From NCBI GenBank assembly GCA_002633005.1, contig NMRA01000501.1, positions 257,517-321,516 on the forward strand: a stretch of DNA of 64,000 nucleotides, in the 5' to 3' direction. Below the pieces are notes generated by a model, which saw nothing but the letters and a program-made list of their open reading frames with translations, was not told the origin of the DNA and did not search any database. Below are positions 40,077 to 52,700 of the stretch, piece after piece. How positions within the stretch are numbered: the first letter of the stretch is position 1; every line of letters begins with the position of its first letter. The position numbers and the translations under genes are program-made. The stretch comes from Phoronis australis (Eukaryota > Animalia > Phoronida).

Positions 40077-40250
40077 GCTGAGTTGCACAAAGCTTCAAAA
40101 GTTATCCGCTAGATAAGTTTGATTGTTGCATGACGTCACGTGCATAGTTCAACAATAACAACGTGACGCGTGATTATGCGACGTCATTGTTGATATACGG
40201 CGTATAGCTTTAATGCAACTGGGCCCAGGGCCCAGTTGCATAAAAGCTCA
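40077..40250. mobile_element. Short Harbinger-like MITE abutting the end of a second one
   Basis: GGCTGAGTTGCACAAAGC ... GCTTTAATGCAACTGGGCCC, immediately followed by AGGGCCCAGTTGCATAAAAGC. Confidence 0.5.
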
Positions 40251-43011
40251 GGTTTATAAAGGCCAACAGAAACTTTCATAGTCGTAAGAATGCTCCCAAA
40301 TTGATTTTAGCACCTTTTGCAAAATTTACTAACACGAACGGGGTTTTTATAATGCTATTCATTTCGACTGGAAAAGAAATGGCGCTCACGAACACGACCT
40401 GAATGATGTTGCATCACGCAAATATACACTGCTAATTAGATTTCGCACGACAATCGGTAGTTACTGATCAATTGTGTGATAACATTTTGCCGGTATAAAG
40501 CTTGTCGTGTGAGAAGAACGTGTTTTAAATATAACTCGTTTTATCCCAAGCGTTTCAAATTCGTCATCTTGTGAGCAAAGTAACATACAGCAACCTGGCT
40601 GGTATACATGTACATGTAGGTCACCGAACATACATGTACATAGGAGTACTACTGCAATATACACTATCGAGAATTCATTTCATCTGAGAATGTCTCAAAG
40701 AGACCGAAGTTCATTCTCGTTGGACATTCCCAGATGAAATGAATTCGAGATAGGATACCGTAGGGGTTTCCTACGTATGTGGGATAACCTATTTGTTCCA
40801 GATACATGTACATGAACGCATTTGCACAGCGGGGATATCTGGTTGCCTTGTACATGTAGTTTGGCTTGTTGTAATGTCACTCCATGTATATGCCCAGGTT
40901 ACCCGCGCCGATTAAGGATAAGATAATATTTGATGTTTAGTAACTATTTAAGTTTTATTTCATGTTAAATTCAGTTTGTGAAACAGTCAAGTTAAAACAA
41001 TGAACCATTCAATAATATTTAAATTTCGCCGAAAACTTAGAAACATTCCATCCTGGAATATAACAAACAAAACATAAAAGTTGCACGTGCAGCAGTGTGT
41101 TTTTGCTTAGATGAGTTTTTTTAGTTTTCTGGGTCTACTGTCTTGCCTTGTCTTCAGCAATAGAAGTATTCTCCAGTGTTGATCACAACACTAGAAAGTA
41201 ACGGAGGAAAATGTGCTGATTTGCAGAACTTGAGGTAAGAAGTGCATCCCAAAAAGCAGATTTTACACTACCAGAGTAGAGGAACGCAGTGAATTTGGTT
41301 GTGTTGGTAAAAACACGTACTTGATATCATGTTGCAGTTTCCTTAAAATATCTTAGTTTTCAGTGTGTGTGTGTGTGTGTGTACATGTGCTGTATGCAAC
41401 TGTAACAAAACGTTTTCGTTTGATTTGAATTAAATTTTGCCTGATTTTGCATGGGTGGCGCAGCACTGAAAAAAGTGGGGGATATCTCGACTTTCGGTCT
41501 CGTTGGGATTTTCCCAGATGAAATGATATCTCGATAGGATGTGGCAGTAGTATTCCTATGTATGTGGGATAACCTACATATACATGTACATGCCATCGTT
41601 GGCTGTGACGTAATCCCGATTACAGTTTTGAGTATTTTACGCAGATACAGAAAGATTCGTGTCGCTTTAAGCACGAAACCTGTGACCCATTTTTAATTCT
41701 TATTTCGTAAGAAATCAAAATGATTTTTATTGTGATAGGTTTCTCAATCTTTCTATTTTACTTCAGTGTAAATTGAATACGGTTCTTTCGTCTATAAATG
41801 TTCATAAAGTTTATTTGCAAAAAAGTACCTTTTCCAAAACCATTATTCTGCCGGGGTTCGCAGGATATCATCGAACTAAAATGGATTTTTGATATACCTT
41901 TCTGTTGTTTTTACATGCTTAATTTACATGCATCTATTTATTTCAAGCTGCAAATAAATTTCTAAGACTTGACTATTTCTGGTAGGAGTTCTTAGAAACG
42001 ACTGTTTCATGTAAAAGATGTAGCATTGGCAGAGAGACTTTTAAGTGTTTTTTTTTTTTGTAAACTAGAGGACTTGTACTAGGCTTACAATAACTGGACA
42101 CTCTGAGTTCAGTTATTCAGTTTACGCTTGCTGTTGCGAAACCCACTTTTGTAACTGTAACGTGAATCGGCATGTGCAATTTAGTATGCGTGATAATTCA
42201 CGTTCACGTCGCTTTGCGAAACCTCTCTATTATCGTGAGGTATTGAATGCCCGTATGTACACATGTTCATAACCACGTGAGCGTCTAGCGTGGAATTTGA
42301 TTCGCAAGTGATCACACCAGGTACGTATTACTCATGAAAAAAGACATGGCGAAGTCGTTATCCCCCGTTATCTAGATCCCTTGTGGACTTTGGAGAATTC
42401 TCTAAAATCCACTTGGGCTCTAGATAACGGGGAATAACGACTGAGAACATGTAATAATCTATTTATACCACATACTGAACGAGAAACATTGAAAGGAGTC
42501 GATCTACCTTTCTCGACTCGCCTCGGCTTTGTAACTACTTTCTATGTCAAAGGCCCGGGGTCGGAGGTCGTGACCTTTTAAGAAAAGCCGAACTATTTTT
42601 GACAAATAATGCTTATACTCAAAACCAATTGAAAAATTTTAACAAAATAGAAATAAAGTGAATCTATAAATTAAGGTTTAGCAACTATTATAGCTTAATA
42701 CACATTTTATCACTCTAAGCTTCGACCGGGAAAATATCGTCTGCTAGAGTAGGTTACCAATAGTAACTGAGTATAGTGCTCAAAACAAAGGATCCCGACG
42801 ACACGATACCCGCATTCAAATTGGGGATCGATGATTTACAACTGAGAGAATACGACAGAAAAAATTCACTGAATTAAAATATCGTTTTTATGGAAATTAT
42901 GCGTTTTATTTTTCATAGCGTATCAATGTCGGTGCAGTGCCCTTTGTTGGACATGCGATTATTGTGCGTGCTCATTTAAGTATTCTATTTTCACGTTCGC
43001 TGACGTCAGTT

Positions 43012-43080
43012 GCTGAGTGGTGTAGTGGTAAAATCGATGACTCGAAACTCTTGAGGCCCGGGTTCGAATCCGGCCTCGGT
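43012..43080 (+). pseudogene. tRNA-like sequence (SINE head or tRNA pseudogene)
   Basis: GCTGAG..CTCGGT acceptor-like pairing, A box TGGTGTAGTGG, B box GGTTCGAATCC; anticodon and T stems are imperfect. Confidence 0.55.
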
Positions 43081-44732
43081 TTCCCGCCAAAATGTTATGT
43101 ATGGGTTATTACACGGTTGTATCTGCCATTCGAGGCTAATATTGTGGTAAAATACACTTTATTGAAGCAAAAAACGGTATCTATAGATTATAGACAAGAG
43201 ATTCGCAACTCCGACATTTTTAGGGAAATATCCTCTTAACAATTCAAACTCAGCTTCCGGTTAGTGTGTCGTGACGCGAAATTCTTGCATCTAGCTTACT
43301 ATCCATTATAGGGGGAACAGAACAGTTCTCACAGGGGTTCGCCTATCAAAACACACGTCCATGGACTCGTCACCCTTTCCTCGTTCTGTCAAAAACTGCA
43401 TACAAAGAAAGAAAAACTGAGTCATTTCACATCACAAGTCCTACAGATGAGCACTGAAACCATATTCTCTCTTGTATTTTTGACCACTCCCACTGAAGAC
43501 CAAGCTAAACTTTGAAAAATAGGCACTTTTCACCCCAAAACCACCACTTTCCTGCCGATGCTCTACTACAGCCAACATTTAATTCCAAAAGGAAATTTCC
43601 TAGCTATTTCAAAAATTTGATTCAAAAGTATTGTCAACCGAGGGCCGCTATCTTGAATGAGAGTGCTGCTACATCCGAGCAAGTGGTCTTTTTACATTCT
43701 CAACATGTTCACAAATACAAACAAACCACATTCATTTGGCCTACACGCAATGCCTAACTAAAAATGCCCCCAAGCCTGGCCTACTCCTAGATATTAAATT
43801 TTGGATGTGCAAATTGGCCGCGGCCGCAGCCTGGCTGTTCAGTGCCACCCTGGCAGATCGCGTACTTGGCGGAAGTAAAGAGTGTAATGTCTGCCAGGTG
43901 TCGCTAGTGAATAGCGACGTCACGACTTGTGCGTAAGGTCCCAGATTTCGTACATTGAAAATATGCAAAGTTGGCGGTCCATGTACTATAGTCCATGGCT
44001 TATCTTAGTAACTGCTTATTTACGAAAACATTAGAACCCTGCAGTTAAAGTCTCGAACCGCAAATACAACGCTTTTTTAACAAAGTTGTGCCAGCCAATC
44101 GAGTTATCTGTGTTTTGTTTTCAAGACTGAAAAAGTTTTTTCCAAACTGTCCAATATAAATATAAAACTCCTTATCTGGATACTGGCAATGTCGTGTATA
44201 GATAAAGTTGTTACACGCGTGTATTGCACTGCGGTTTTGATTCGTTTGTTGTCCGCAACATATTATTCGGTGGCCTTTCGTTATTTTTATGTACATATCT
44301 GTTCATGATTCTTTCACAGAACTAAGCATTCTAATTCCCTGTTAACGTTACTGGCCTACCGCCTACATGTATGTTACATTTTTGTAGCTACCGAAGTCGA
44401 AACAAGCCACCGAGCTCTCGTGCAGCAAGAAACATCCGGTACCAATGTTATTGTCTCGCCTTGTTCGCTATGTAAACTACTGCAGGAAATTTTTTCAAAA
44501 AGAGAATTTCACTATCAAATATAACAACACAAATACTCAAATTATGGTTTGTTTCACAAAAAAAATTCACAGATATTTGATTAGTAACTAGTAACACATC
44601 CAATGTTTCGCTATTCACGATGACTATGAGACTATTGTGCCGCAAAAACGTACAGCTACATGTATCATGAGGGCTGGGTATTTGCACCCGCCCTTCAGCG
44701 GTCGGACATTGTGTCTACTTTTGTATTTTTAG

Positions 44733-44795
44733 CTGCCGCAGTCAAACCAACTGAGCAAATCTCTCCTCCACCAGAAGTCCTCCTTATCATGGCAG
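44733..44795 (+). CDS. Probable upstream (pro-region) exon of the metallopeptidase gene
   Basis: tattttag|CTGCC...GGCAG|gtaaag; 63 nt, phase 1-1, AAVKPTEQISPPPEVLLIMA, joins in frame to 47076. Confidence 0.5.
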
Positions 44796-46105
44796 GTAAA
44801 GCTTGTAATGTGATCAATATTTATTATAGTGTTTTAAAACTTACATTTTTTCATACTCGATTTTCAGGCACCCGCATATGTGTATTTCAATCTCTTTCCG
44901 GGCATCCAGCGTCTATTGCTGTGTCTCCAAAACCCATTCCGCGATGCTAAAGTGCTTAAAACCGCCATTTACAAGTGATTTCGTTGTCAGCATTAAACTC
45001 TCCTCTATAGCTTATCACAAACGTGAATAGAAAACCTCAAAAACTAGAAAAGAAAAGAAACTCGACTTAAATTGAAAGTTTGTTAGCTGCACGAGCATAC
45101 ATGTACATGTTAGTGTAAGTTTACCCAGCACAGGCGAGTTTCTAGTACAAACATGTATCATATCCGCCGTTCTCTGACGTCTCGTGGCAAAGTGAAAAGA
45201 CACATAGCGTGGTCAATACTTAGTTGTCACAACCGCCACCAAAACGTGCGGCGCCTCGACATTCTATATTATACCCCTTATCCTGCTGACCTGAATTCCC
45301 CTAGCTGCTAAGTATCATCACCACAGCTGTACACTGGGCTGTTATGAAGGTTTTATTACAGATTATAGACAACAGATTCGCAACTCCGACATTTTCTTGC
45401 GAATTATCTTAGAGGAGGCGCCACCCTCCTAAATTGCCAATTTCAGTTTCCGGTTAGTGTATTGTGACAGGAAATTCTCGAATCTATTTTAGTGTCTAGT
45501 AAAATAATTTCAGTGTTGAAGCGCTGTTCAAAGTTTTCCAATAGTAGAACTGTTGGTATAGTGAGTACTTTTGGCAATGCTATCAAGCGACCACACAACA
45601 GCCGACCTTGATTAGCCGACGGCGTGCTTGCTGGAAGTAAAAGTTGCTAATTTGGCCAGGTGTCGCTAGTGAATAAAGACGTCACAGCTTATGCGCAAGA
45701 TCACAGATTTCGTCCATTGAAAATATACGTATTTGTGGGTCCATGTACTATAGTCTGATTTAGCGACGTAGCGTTGTTCAATTGGAAATTTGAATGGGAA
45801 ATATTAATGTCACAGAAAAATGGTCAACATGAAAGTTGTTCACAATTTCATAGAAATTTAACCATATGTATACCTTCATCATAACCACATTATAAATAAA
45901 CCTGTGAGGTGTCATATTGGCAACCCTTCGTTTTTCAGTTTTGACACGTGTTTACATTATCACAGACCCTCAAAATATAGTAATTTGAGGTTTCTAAAGG
46001 AAATTCATGAGATTCGAGTATTGACAGTGAATATTCATTTTGTCATCACTAAATCATCAGGAAAATGAAAAAGAATATTCACGAACAAGAATTAAGGCAA
46101 GACAT

Positions 46106-46722
46106 TTTACTCAGTTTGTGCCGACACCAAAAGTCTTTACACTACTCATCCATAACACAGTTTATTCTGAATTATCATTGGCCATAGTCTTGAACACTGT
46201 GAAAAAAGTCAAAAGATTTCCTGTTCTAATGTGTTTTTATGGTATTTGAGACGCCCACACATCATCATGTGCACCAACTACTGCAGCGTAAGCGCACGTC
46301 AGCTCGTCCAAAACAGCACGGGAATCTGTGGAAATTTTATCTTCCCGTCACTGTCACAGTCACTTTCAAGTGCTAAATCGAACTCATTATCACACTCAGA
46401 ATGCATTAAAACCCATTTCTAAAAATTAACCCAGTCATTCCTCTGGCCTCAGCCATTGCAAACTCTACCAACACACTATCATAAATTAACAAATATCTTC
46501 AAAATTATTGATCAGAAACGTGTGATGTCAATATCAAAATCAAGAGGAAGGTGTAAACTTTGGAATGCGCATAACCACAAATCTAAACAACATACGGGGC
46601 TTTCATCATTCCTTAATAAAAATTATTAGTGGTAAGGGCGAGTACACTAGCCTATAGCATACAATTGCACCTTGTCATAAGCGTGTGAGCTCGCCCACAG
46701 CACAGAATAGGATGATTGAGTT
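46106..46722 (-). mobile_element. Possible degenerate piggyBac-like relic (paralogous copy ~57603-58253)
   Basis: Minus strand of copy 2 reads FDSDNECDLALESDRDSD/EVNSETDSKDSD...W...VGCFMIFFTSEVFRTVI, resembling the acidic N-terminus and FxLFFTxE motif of piggyBac transposases; termini decayed. Confidence 0.3.
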
Positions 46723-47289
46723 GACGAGTGATCTCGTTTACAGCAGCATAAGGGATATCACAAACTAAGGGAAAACAAACAGCAATACCTGACCACTTTA
46801 ACACCAAACACAATAGAGTATAGCTAATGTTGTGATTGGTTATCCCGATTCTGTGTAGTATGTTTCGACCAATAAATGCTCGTAACGCACGATCAGTTAT
46901 TTACTATAACATCAGGTAAAGTTCTAAACGTTCTAAATTAAGACCTGGTTTACTGCTGGGGTTATGTTCTGGTGTTTTGATACGAAACTGGTAATTTTTG
47001 GCTCTTTAAGAAATAGATGAAGACTAAATCATTTTAAAAAATTAGGAAATGGATATCTTGTTTTTTACTGTTCAGATGATGGAGAAATCCCCAGTCTTAA
47101 AAGCAGGGAACGACCAGGGTCGGCCACGAACGCGCACACTTGTGATCGCGTGCGAGGAGTCCCGTCTCATCTAAGAAGTAGATCTCACATGGGACCGCGG
47201 GGACTAAGCTTGTTCTATCAGAAATATACGGAGGCCTATGGTATACCGGTCTTAGGTAAGGTCTCTATAGATCTAAATTATAGGTCATC

Positions 47290-48150
47290 CAGTAGTGAAT
47301 AAGATGGAGACAGTTATGAATCTATAATGAATTTGTTTGAGAATTATTGCCAATGATTGGTTAGCCACTGTGTAAGTTATGAAGAATGTGCGGCATCTAC
47401 AGTAGATTGCGGATATTGGGTCAAGCAACGGAAAACTGTAGACAATACTCGGTGCCAGGTCTGTGGCAACTTCATTGTAAGTCCACATCTGATGTTCCGG
47501 AAAGATGTTCGAGCCTTTAAGTCCGGCGTCGATTCTGTAGTCGGCTTCCGTTCTCTATTGAGTACTTCGTTTTACCCGCATTTGGCTTTTGTAATATTTT
47601 ATTCGTACATGTCAAAAAACTTTAGCGACAAAGTCGATAAAATTGACCTTGATTTTGATTAGACACCTGGTATGTTTTAGATCAATGAGGCCTACATGTG
47701 GGCTGAACAAATTTTAATTTAATCTTTTGCTTGCTTACAATTGCCTGTCCTTCCATAGTTCCAGTGTGTAACTTCTGTACAGTATCGCCACGCCTTTAGA
47801 TCCATCGGTCGATATCGAAAGAACGTTTTGTTCTCGGCCTTTTTACCCAACTTTCTCCTAAATTGTTGCATGCGCTTAAATTTTACATATAAGCGCAGGT
47901 AAGGTCCTTTGCATAGACTCATACATTACTTGCATATAGGTGCCCCCGTTTTGACTATTGCTGTGCCTCCTTCCTTTTTACGTTTATCTTTGGAGTTCGT
48001 AGGCGTATTTTCAAGAAATTCTGTTTTGCCGCATTGCTGCGTCTTTAGGCATGTGGCCTATATCTAAAACGATGTTTTTTGTGTCTTTTTTACCCAAATG
48101 GTTCGCATACTGGCGCATGTGCCTAAGTCTTTCATATACGAGCAGTTCCA
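47290..48150 (-). mobile_element. Possible old CR1/L2-type LINE relic in intron (paralogous copy ~59045-59880)
   Basis: Broken frames give EVATDLAPSIV / KVAVDLAPSII*IF, resembling LKxxAxxIAPSLxxIFN upstream of CR1/L2 RT. Confidence 0.35.
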
Positions 48151-49725
48151 CACAGATGCCCCTAGGCCTAATGACGCGGAAAGACGGTCGCATTTTCTAT
48201 TTACCGTGATGTAGATATTTAGATAATGTGTTGCATTACTTTACCTTACACCTTCTTGCAAAACATTATCCATATTTCTTCCAATAATCCTGTTTTGCAG
48301 GATCTAGTTCTTTGAGTGACAACGCCCTGAAGAGGGCGTGTTACATCGTACGATTCCTGTTTGCTCACAGAAGAGACGTCCGCCAATCGTACTACAAGCA
48401 TTTTGGACGTTTCGCCCTGATCGGATTAAGGGAAAACACAACTGATATTCCCGAGCACGCGTACTTAGGCGCAGCGTGGGCTCAGAGGACACGCGGTCTG
48501 AGTGCTAAAGTGACTGCGCCCGTATCAACTGCTGGTGAAGAGAATGTGTTGTGTCGTGAAGATGACAGATATAGGTAATATTACTTGTATCCCGTGATTT
48601 ATAGAAAAGTTTCGTCACCTTTGTTGTACGACTTTGCTAGCAATTCCTTTGTGGAACAAGATTTTTTAGAAAAATCGGGGTTTTTCAACTGCTCTTTTGC
48701 ATTTCTGCAACTACAGAAAATCTCACTAAAGTCGGACTTGCGAGAGTCGGATCTTCTCTAATGACTTGGCCGCAATAGGACTGTTTATCTAGTTTGTGCT
48801 CTTGGTCTTTTAGACAAAAGATGTTCCTATTTAGTCAAAACTTTTGGTCCAATTGGATTCACCTTGTACGACTTGTTGAAACTACTTATTTCCTGGTGTC
48901 TTGAATCATAGTATTTTGTGTTCGTCATGTCATTGAAATGCTCTTTTTGTCCCAGGAGTGAGGACCACGGACTGCACGAATTCTCTCACGGTTACCATAT
49001 CTTAGGCGCCCAGTTCGCCATATCTGGCTTCAACAGTCGTCTTGCAGCAGCATACAACAGCGCTCGTTCTCGGGGACTATGGGCTAACACATACTCTTTG
49101 AGTACAATGCAAGAATATTTTGTACGAAAAATGTTGATAAACGTTTTATGGATCAGATTTTTGTGTTTGCACATACATGTATTTGCACCCGGCTCCTGAG
49201 GCGCCGAGAGTAAGTTACTTGCTACAAATGTTTCGGTTAACCTCTACTGTAATGCGTTGACAAACGTAATGTCAGAATCTTTAGCTCTGTTTTTTGCTCT
49301 AACAAGTTCCTTTCTCTTTCAGTTGTTAAGTGCTTCAACATTTATTATCCTGAAAGCACATAATATTTCGCTTAGTTTCAGATTAATTTTGAACATAAAT
49401 CTGTCGATTTTAGGAATTTGCCCAAATGAAAAAGAGTCTGAAATCGTTACGTCCATGGCTTGTTGGGGTTGGTTCACGGACGCACATTTTTGAATACTGC
49501 TCATAACTTTGTTTTAGAAAAATAATTAGAAAAATTTTGCCGGTTACATCTTGTGTCCACCATTTGCTTTTCATGCTTTACCTTGTCACATTTCCAGTTT
49601 ATTGTTACCTAGCAACTGAGTATAATAAGCCTAACAGTTTTTTGCCGGCATAGTTGGGACGTTGATGCACATTAAAAGAACATGTTCTTTTTATAAACTT
49701 AACCCCCCATATATCCCAGCAGCCC

Positions 49726-52700
49726 AGAGTACTTAGTATACAGTAGATGGCCGAGATACCAGCATCTGACCAAAGGACCATGTATAGTCCACCTCAGTAT
49801 ATACGGAGATGAACGTCTGTCGTTGTCTGAACTTTGGGTGCGCCCCTGGAGGACCTTACTAGGGGGACAAAAATGAGCCAGATTAGATATTCGAAGGAGC
49901 GATCAAAACTGATTTAAAACGGAAAATAGTACCGCAAGGGACACCGAATGACCCACGACAGACAAATTGCACTCTAGAATGGGTCCGGCAGAAATCATAA
50001 AGGACCCCCTAAAAATGAGCTAGCTCATACATTCGAGGTACCACAAAAAAACAATTCCAAATGATTCAATACATGCCACTTATCACTAAATGTCCATGAC
50101 AAACAAAATACACTCTTGATTGTCCCCGNTGTCAACAATGGTGTCCCATTGAAATTTTGATCTAGAGGTACCAGCTAAAACTGATTTAAGACGAACACTA
50201 GTACAGCACTGAACACCGAATGACCCATGACAGAAAAATTGCATTCTGGAAAGGGTACGCCAGAAATCTGCAATAATGACGCCCCTCCTCAAAACGAACC
50301 AGCTCGTACATTTGAAGTACCATAAAAAGCAATTCCATGTTAATGATTACTTGTCACTGGTCACTAAATGTCGTAAGACAGACAAAATACACTTTGGTTT
50401 GTGCCCGACAGAAATCCCCAAAAATCTCCACCACGGTATTCCATTGAACGTTTGAGCTATATTAAATATTAGAGGTACCGGCTAAAACTGACTTTTAAGT
50501 CAACTTTTAAAAAATCAACAATCGTGCAGCTCTGAACTCCGAGTGCCACATGTCAGACAAATTGAATGTCCTCTTGAAACGATCGTCAGAAACTGAAAAC
50601 GACGCCCAAATGGAGCTAGTTCATACATTCGTACCACTAAGTTTCTGGTTAGTAAGTGGCCTGTAACAGACAAAACCCACTCTGGGTTGTGCACACCAGC
50701 CTCAGAAATCTCATACCACTAATTCTGCTAAAACTATATGATATATTAGACAGTGAAGATCCCGGTTAAGTCTTGGGGGAGTGTTTCGTCGAATCAAGAA
50801 TTTCCATGAGGAATGTGTTGTGATCATGTGCCTAGTTTGCAGTTCATGGCGAATACTTCTGTTTTCGTACTACTTTCACGTCTACTGGACTCTCTCCTTG
50901 CTTAACATTAATAATAGCGTTACACTGAGTGTCAAATGGATGATGGCGGAAAGGAAGCATTTTGGGAAATACCTAACACTACAATTATGGGATACCAGGA
51001 ATTGTTAAAAAACAACCCATTAAGTGATGATTAAGACCGCAGCTACTGTAATATAATGAGCTATAGAAACTGATCCGATTTTTCCATTTTAGTCGATCGG
51101 GAAAATATGGCTATGTCGCGAGGAAAATGAAAATAGTATGTGATTGTATGTCAATTTAGCTGTGCATCAAAAAGCGAGGCATTTAAATGATGTGACGGAA
51201 TGGCAGAAAATTCAAAAAAGTGGGACATTCCGCAAAGATCGGGGCAATAGGCAAATACGCAGTACATCGTATACTGTCAGCAACACGAAAAACTGGATAG
51301 AGTTCTTTTACATGGTAAACTTTTATTTTTTTAAATTACGGTACAACAAAGATATTTAAACGCACATGTTTTTAGGGCCTAAATATTTCGTTTAGGACAA
51401 ATGTAACTTCTTTCCGTAAACCAGCGTAGCGCAAATTTAACACTTAAAATTGTCTTGTTGAAAAATACCGGCATACAGAACGGGATATTTTAAGGACAGT
51501 TCGACAAACTTCCTCCTTCAAGAATGGCAGAAAGATCCATATGGACCATTTTTTGGGGAGAAAACGCTTATTGTCTGACATAGCGCCAATGTATTCGTCT
51601 TTCTTACATTGGTGCCATGGCCTCTGATCATCCAACGGATTCTCAAGGTTCCCATGAAGAGGTCGACACGCTTCTTACCGCCCGCGTAGCCAGCACAGCT
51701 GACGATGCATTGATCATTGCCTCTGACACGGATGTTATTGTAGTTGTTTGGTGGCTTTCTCAAAACGTTGTGATGAATATTTCTAGTTTATTTAGATTTA
51801 AAATTCTTTTTAAAAACACGCCTATTGCTTTTCTTTAAAAGCATTGTTTAGTAGTCAATGTAATGTAAGGGCTCTTTGCAAATCATTTCCATGGTTCCTC
51901 AATCTAATGCAAGTTTAAGGGCCATGTGTCCTGTCGCTGAAGTATATTTTTCTTGCTAGGAGTGCTGCTTCTATAACTCATTATGCTACACTGGATGCAG
52001 TCTTAATCGTCACTCAATGGGTTGTTTTTTGGCAGTTCCTGGTATCCCAAAGTTTTAGTGTTATCAGGTTTTTTCCAAGATGCTTACTTTCCGCCACCAT
52101 CTATTTGGGAATTGTTCTAAAACCCCTCGACCCCTTTGACCCCCTCGACCCCCGAACCGCACGACCCCCTCGATCCACGACTCCCTCGACCCATGACCCA
52201 CAAGTTGGCCACAACCCCCTCGACCCACGTCCCAAGACCCCTACGACCCAAGACCCCTTCCACCCAGTCTACACAAGTTCAATTCGATCTGAGAGTAGAA
52301 CAAACGCTGAATTGCCGGACCATTGAGTTGGCCTGTGAGCTCGGCAGGCTTTTCCCTGTTCTTTTTTTGCAATTACGACAGTCGATTCGGCAAATTTGAA
52401 AGCCTCAACAGAAAAAAATAACGCGACCAAATCGAATCAAAGGCCTACCAACGTTACAAATGTCGTTCCCGTCAGAATGTAATCGCATTGTCTGCTCTTC
52501 AGCGAATGGAACATTCAAGCTTTTTGGCGGAAAGTGCGAGGAACCGACAAAACTGTAATTTCATCAGTAAGTACAATTTCACAAAGCAAGCTGTTTACTA
52601 AAATGTATTTCAACATTACACGGAGTATATTGTAAACGAGTACAGAATAGAAAGAAAATAATAAAAATGTGAAATCATGTATATTCACGACAACGTACTC

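Noticed and set aside
43012-43080. Functional tRNA gene
   Set aside because: A and B boxes are present but the anticodon and T stems do not pair properly; kept only as a tRNA-like relic
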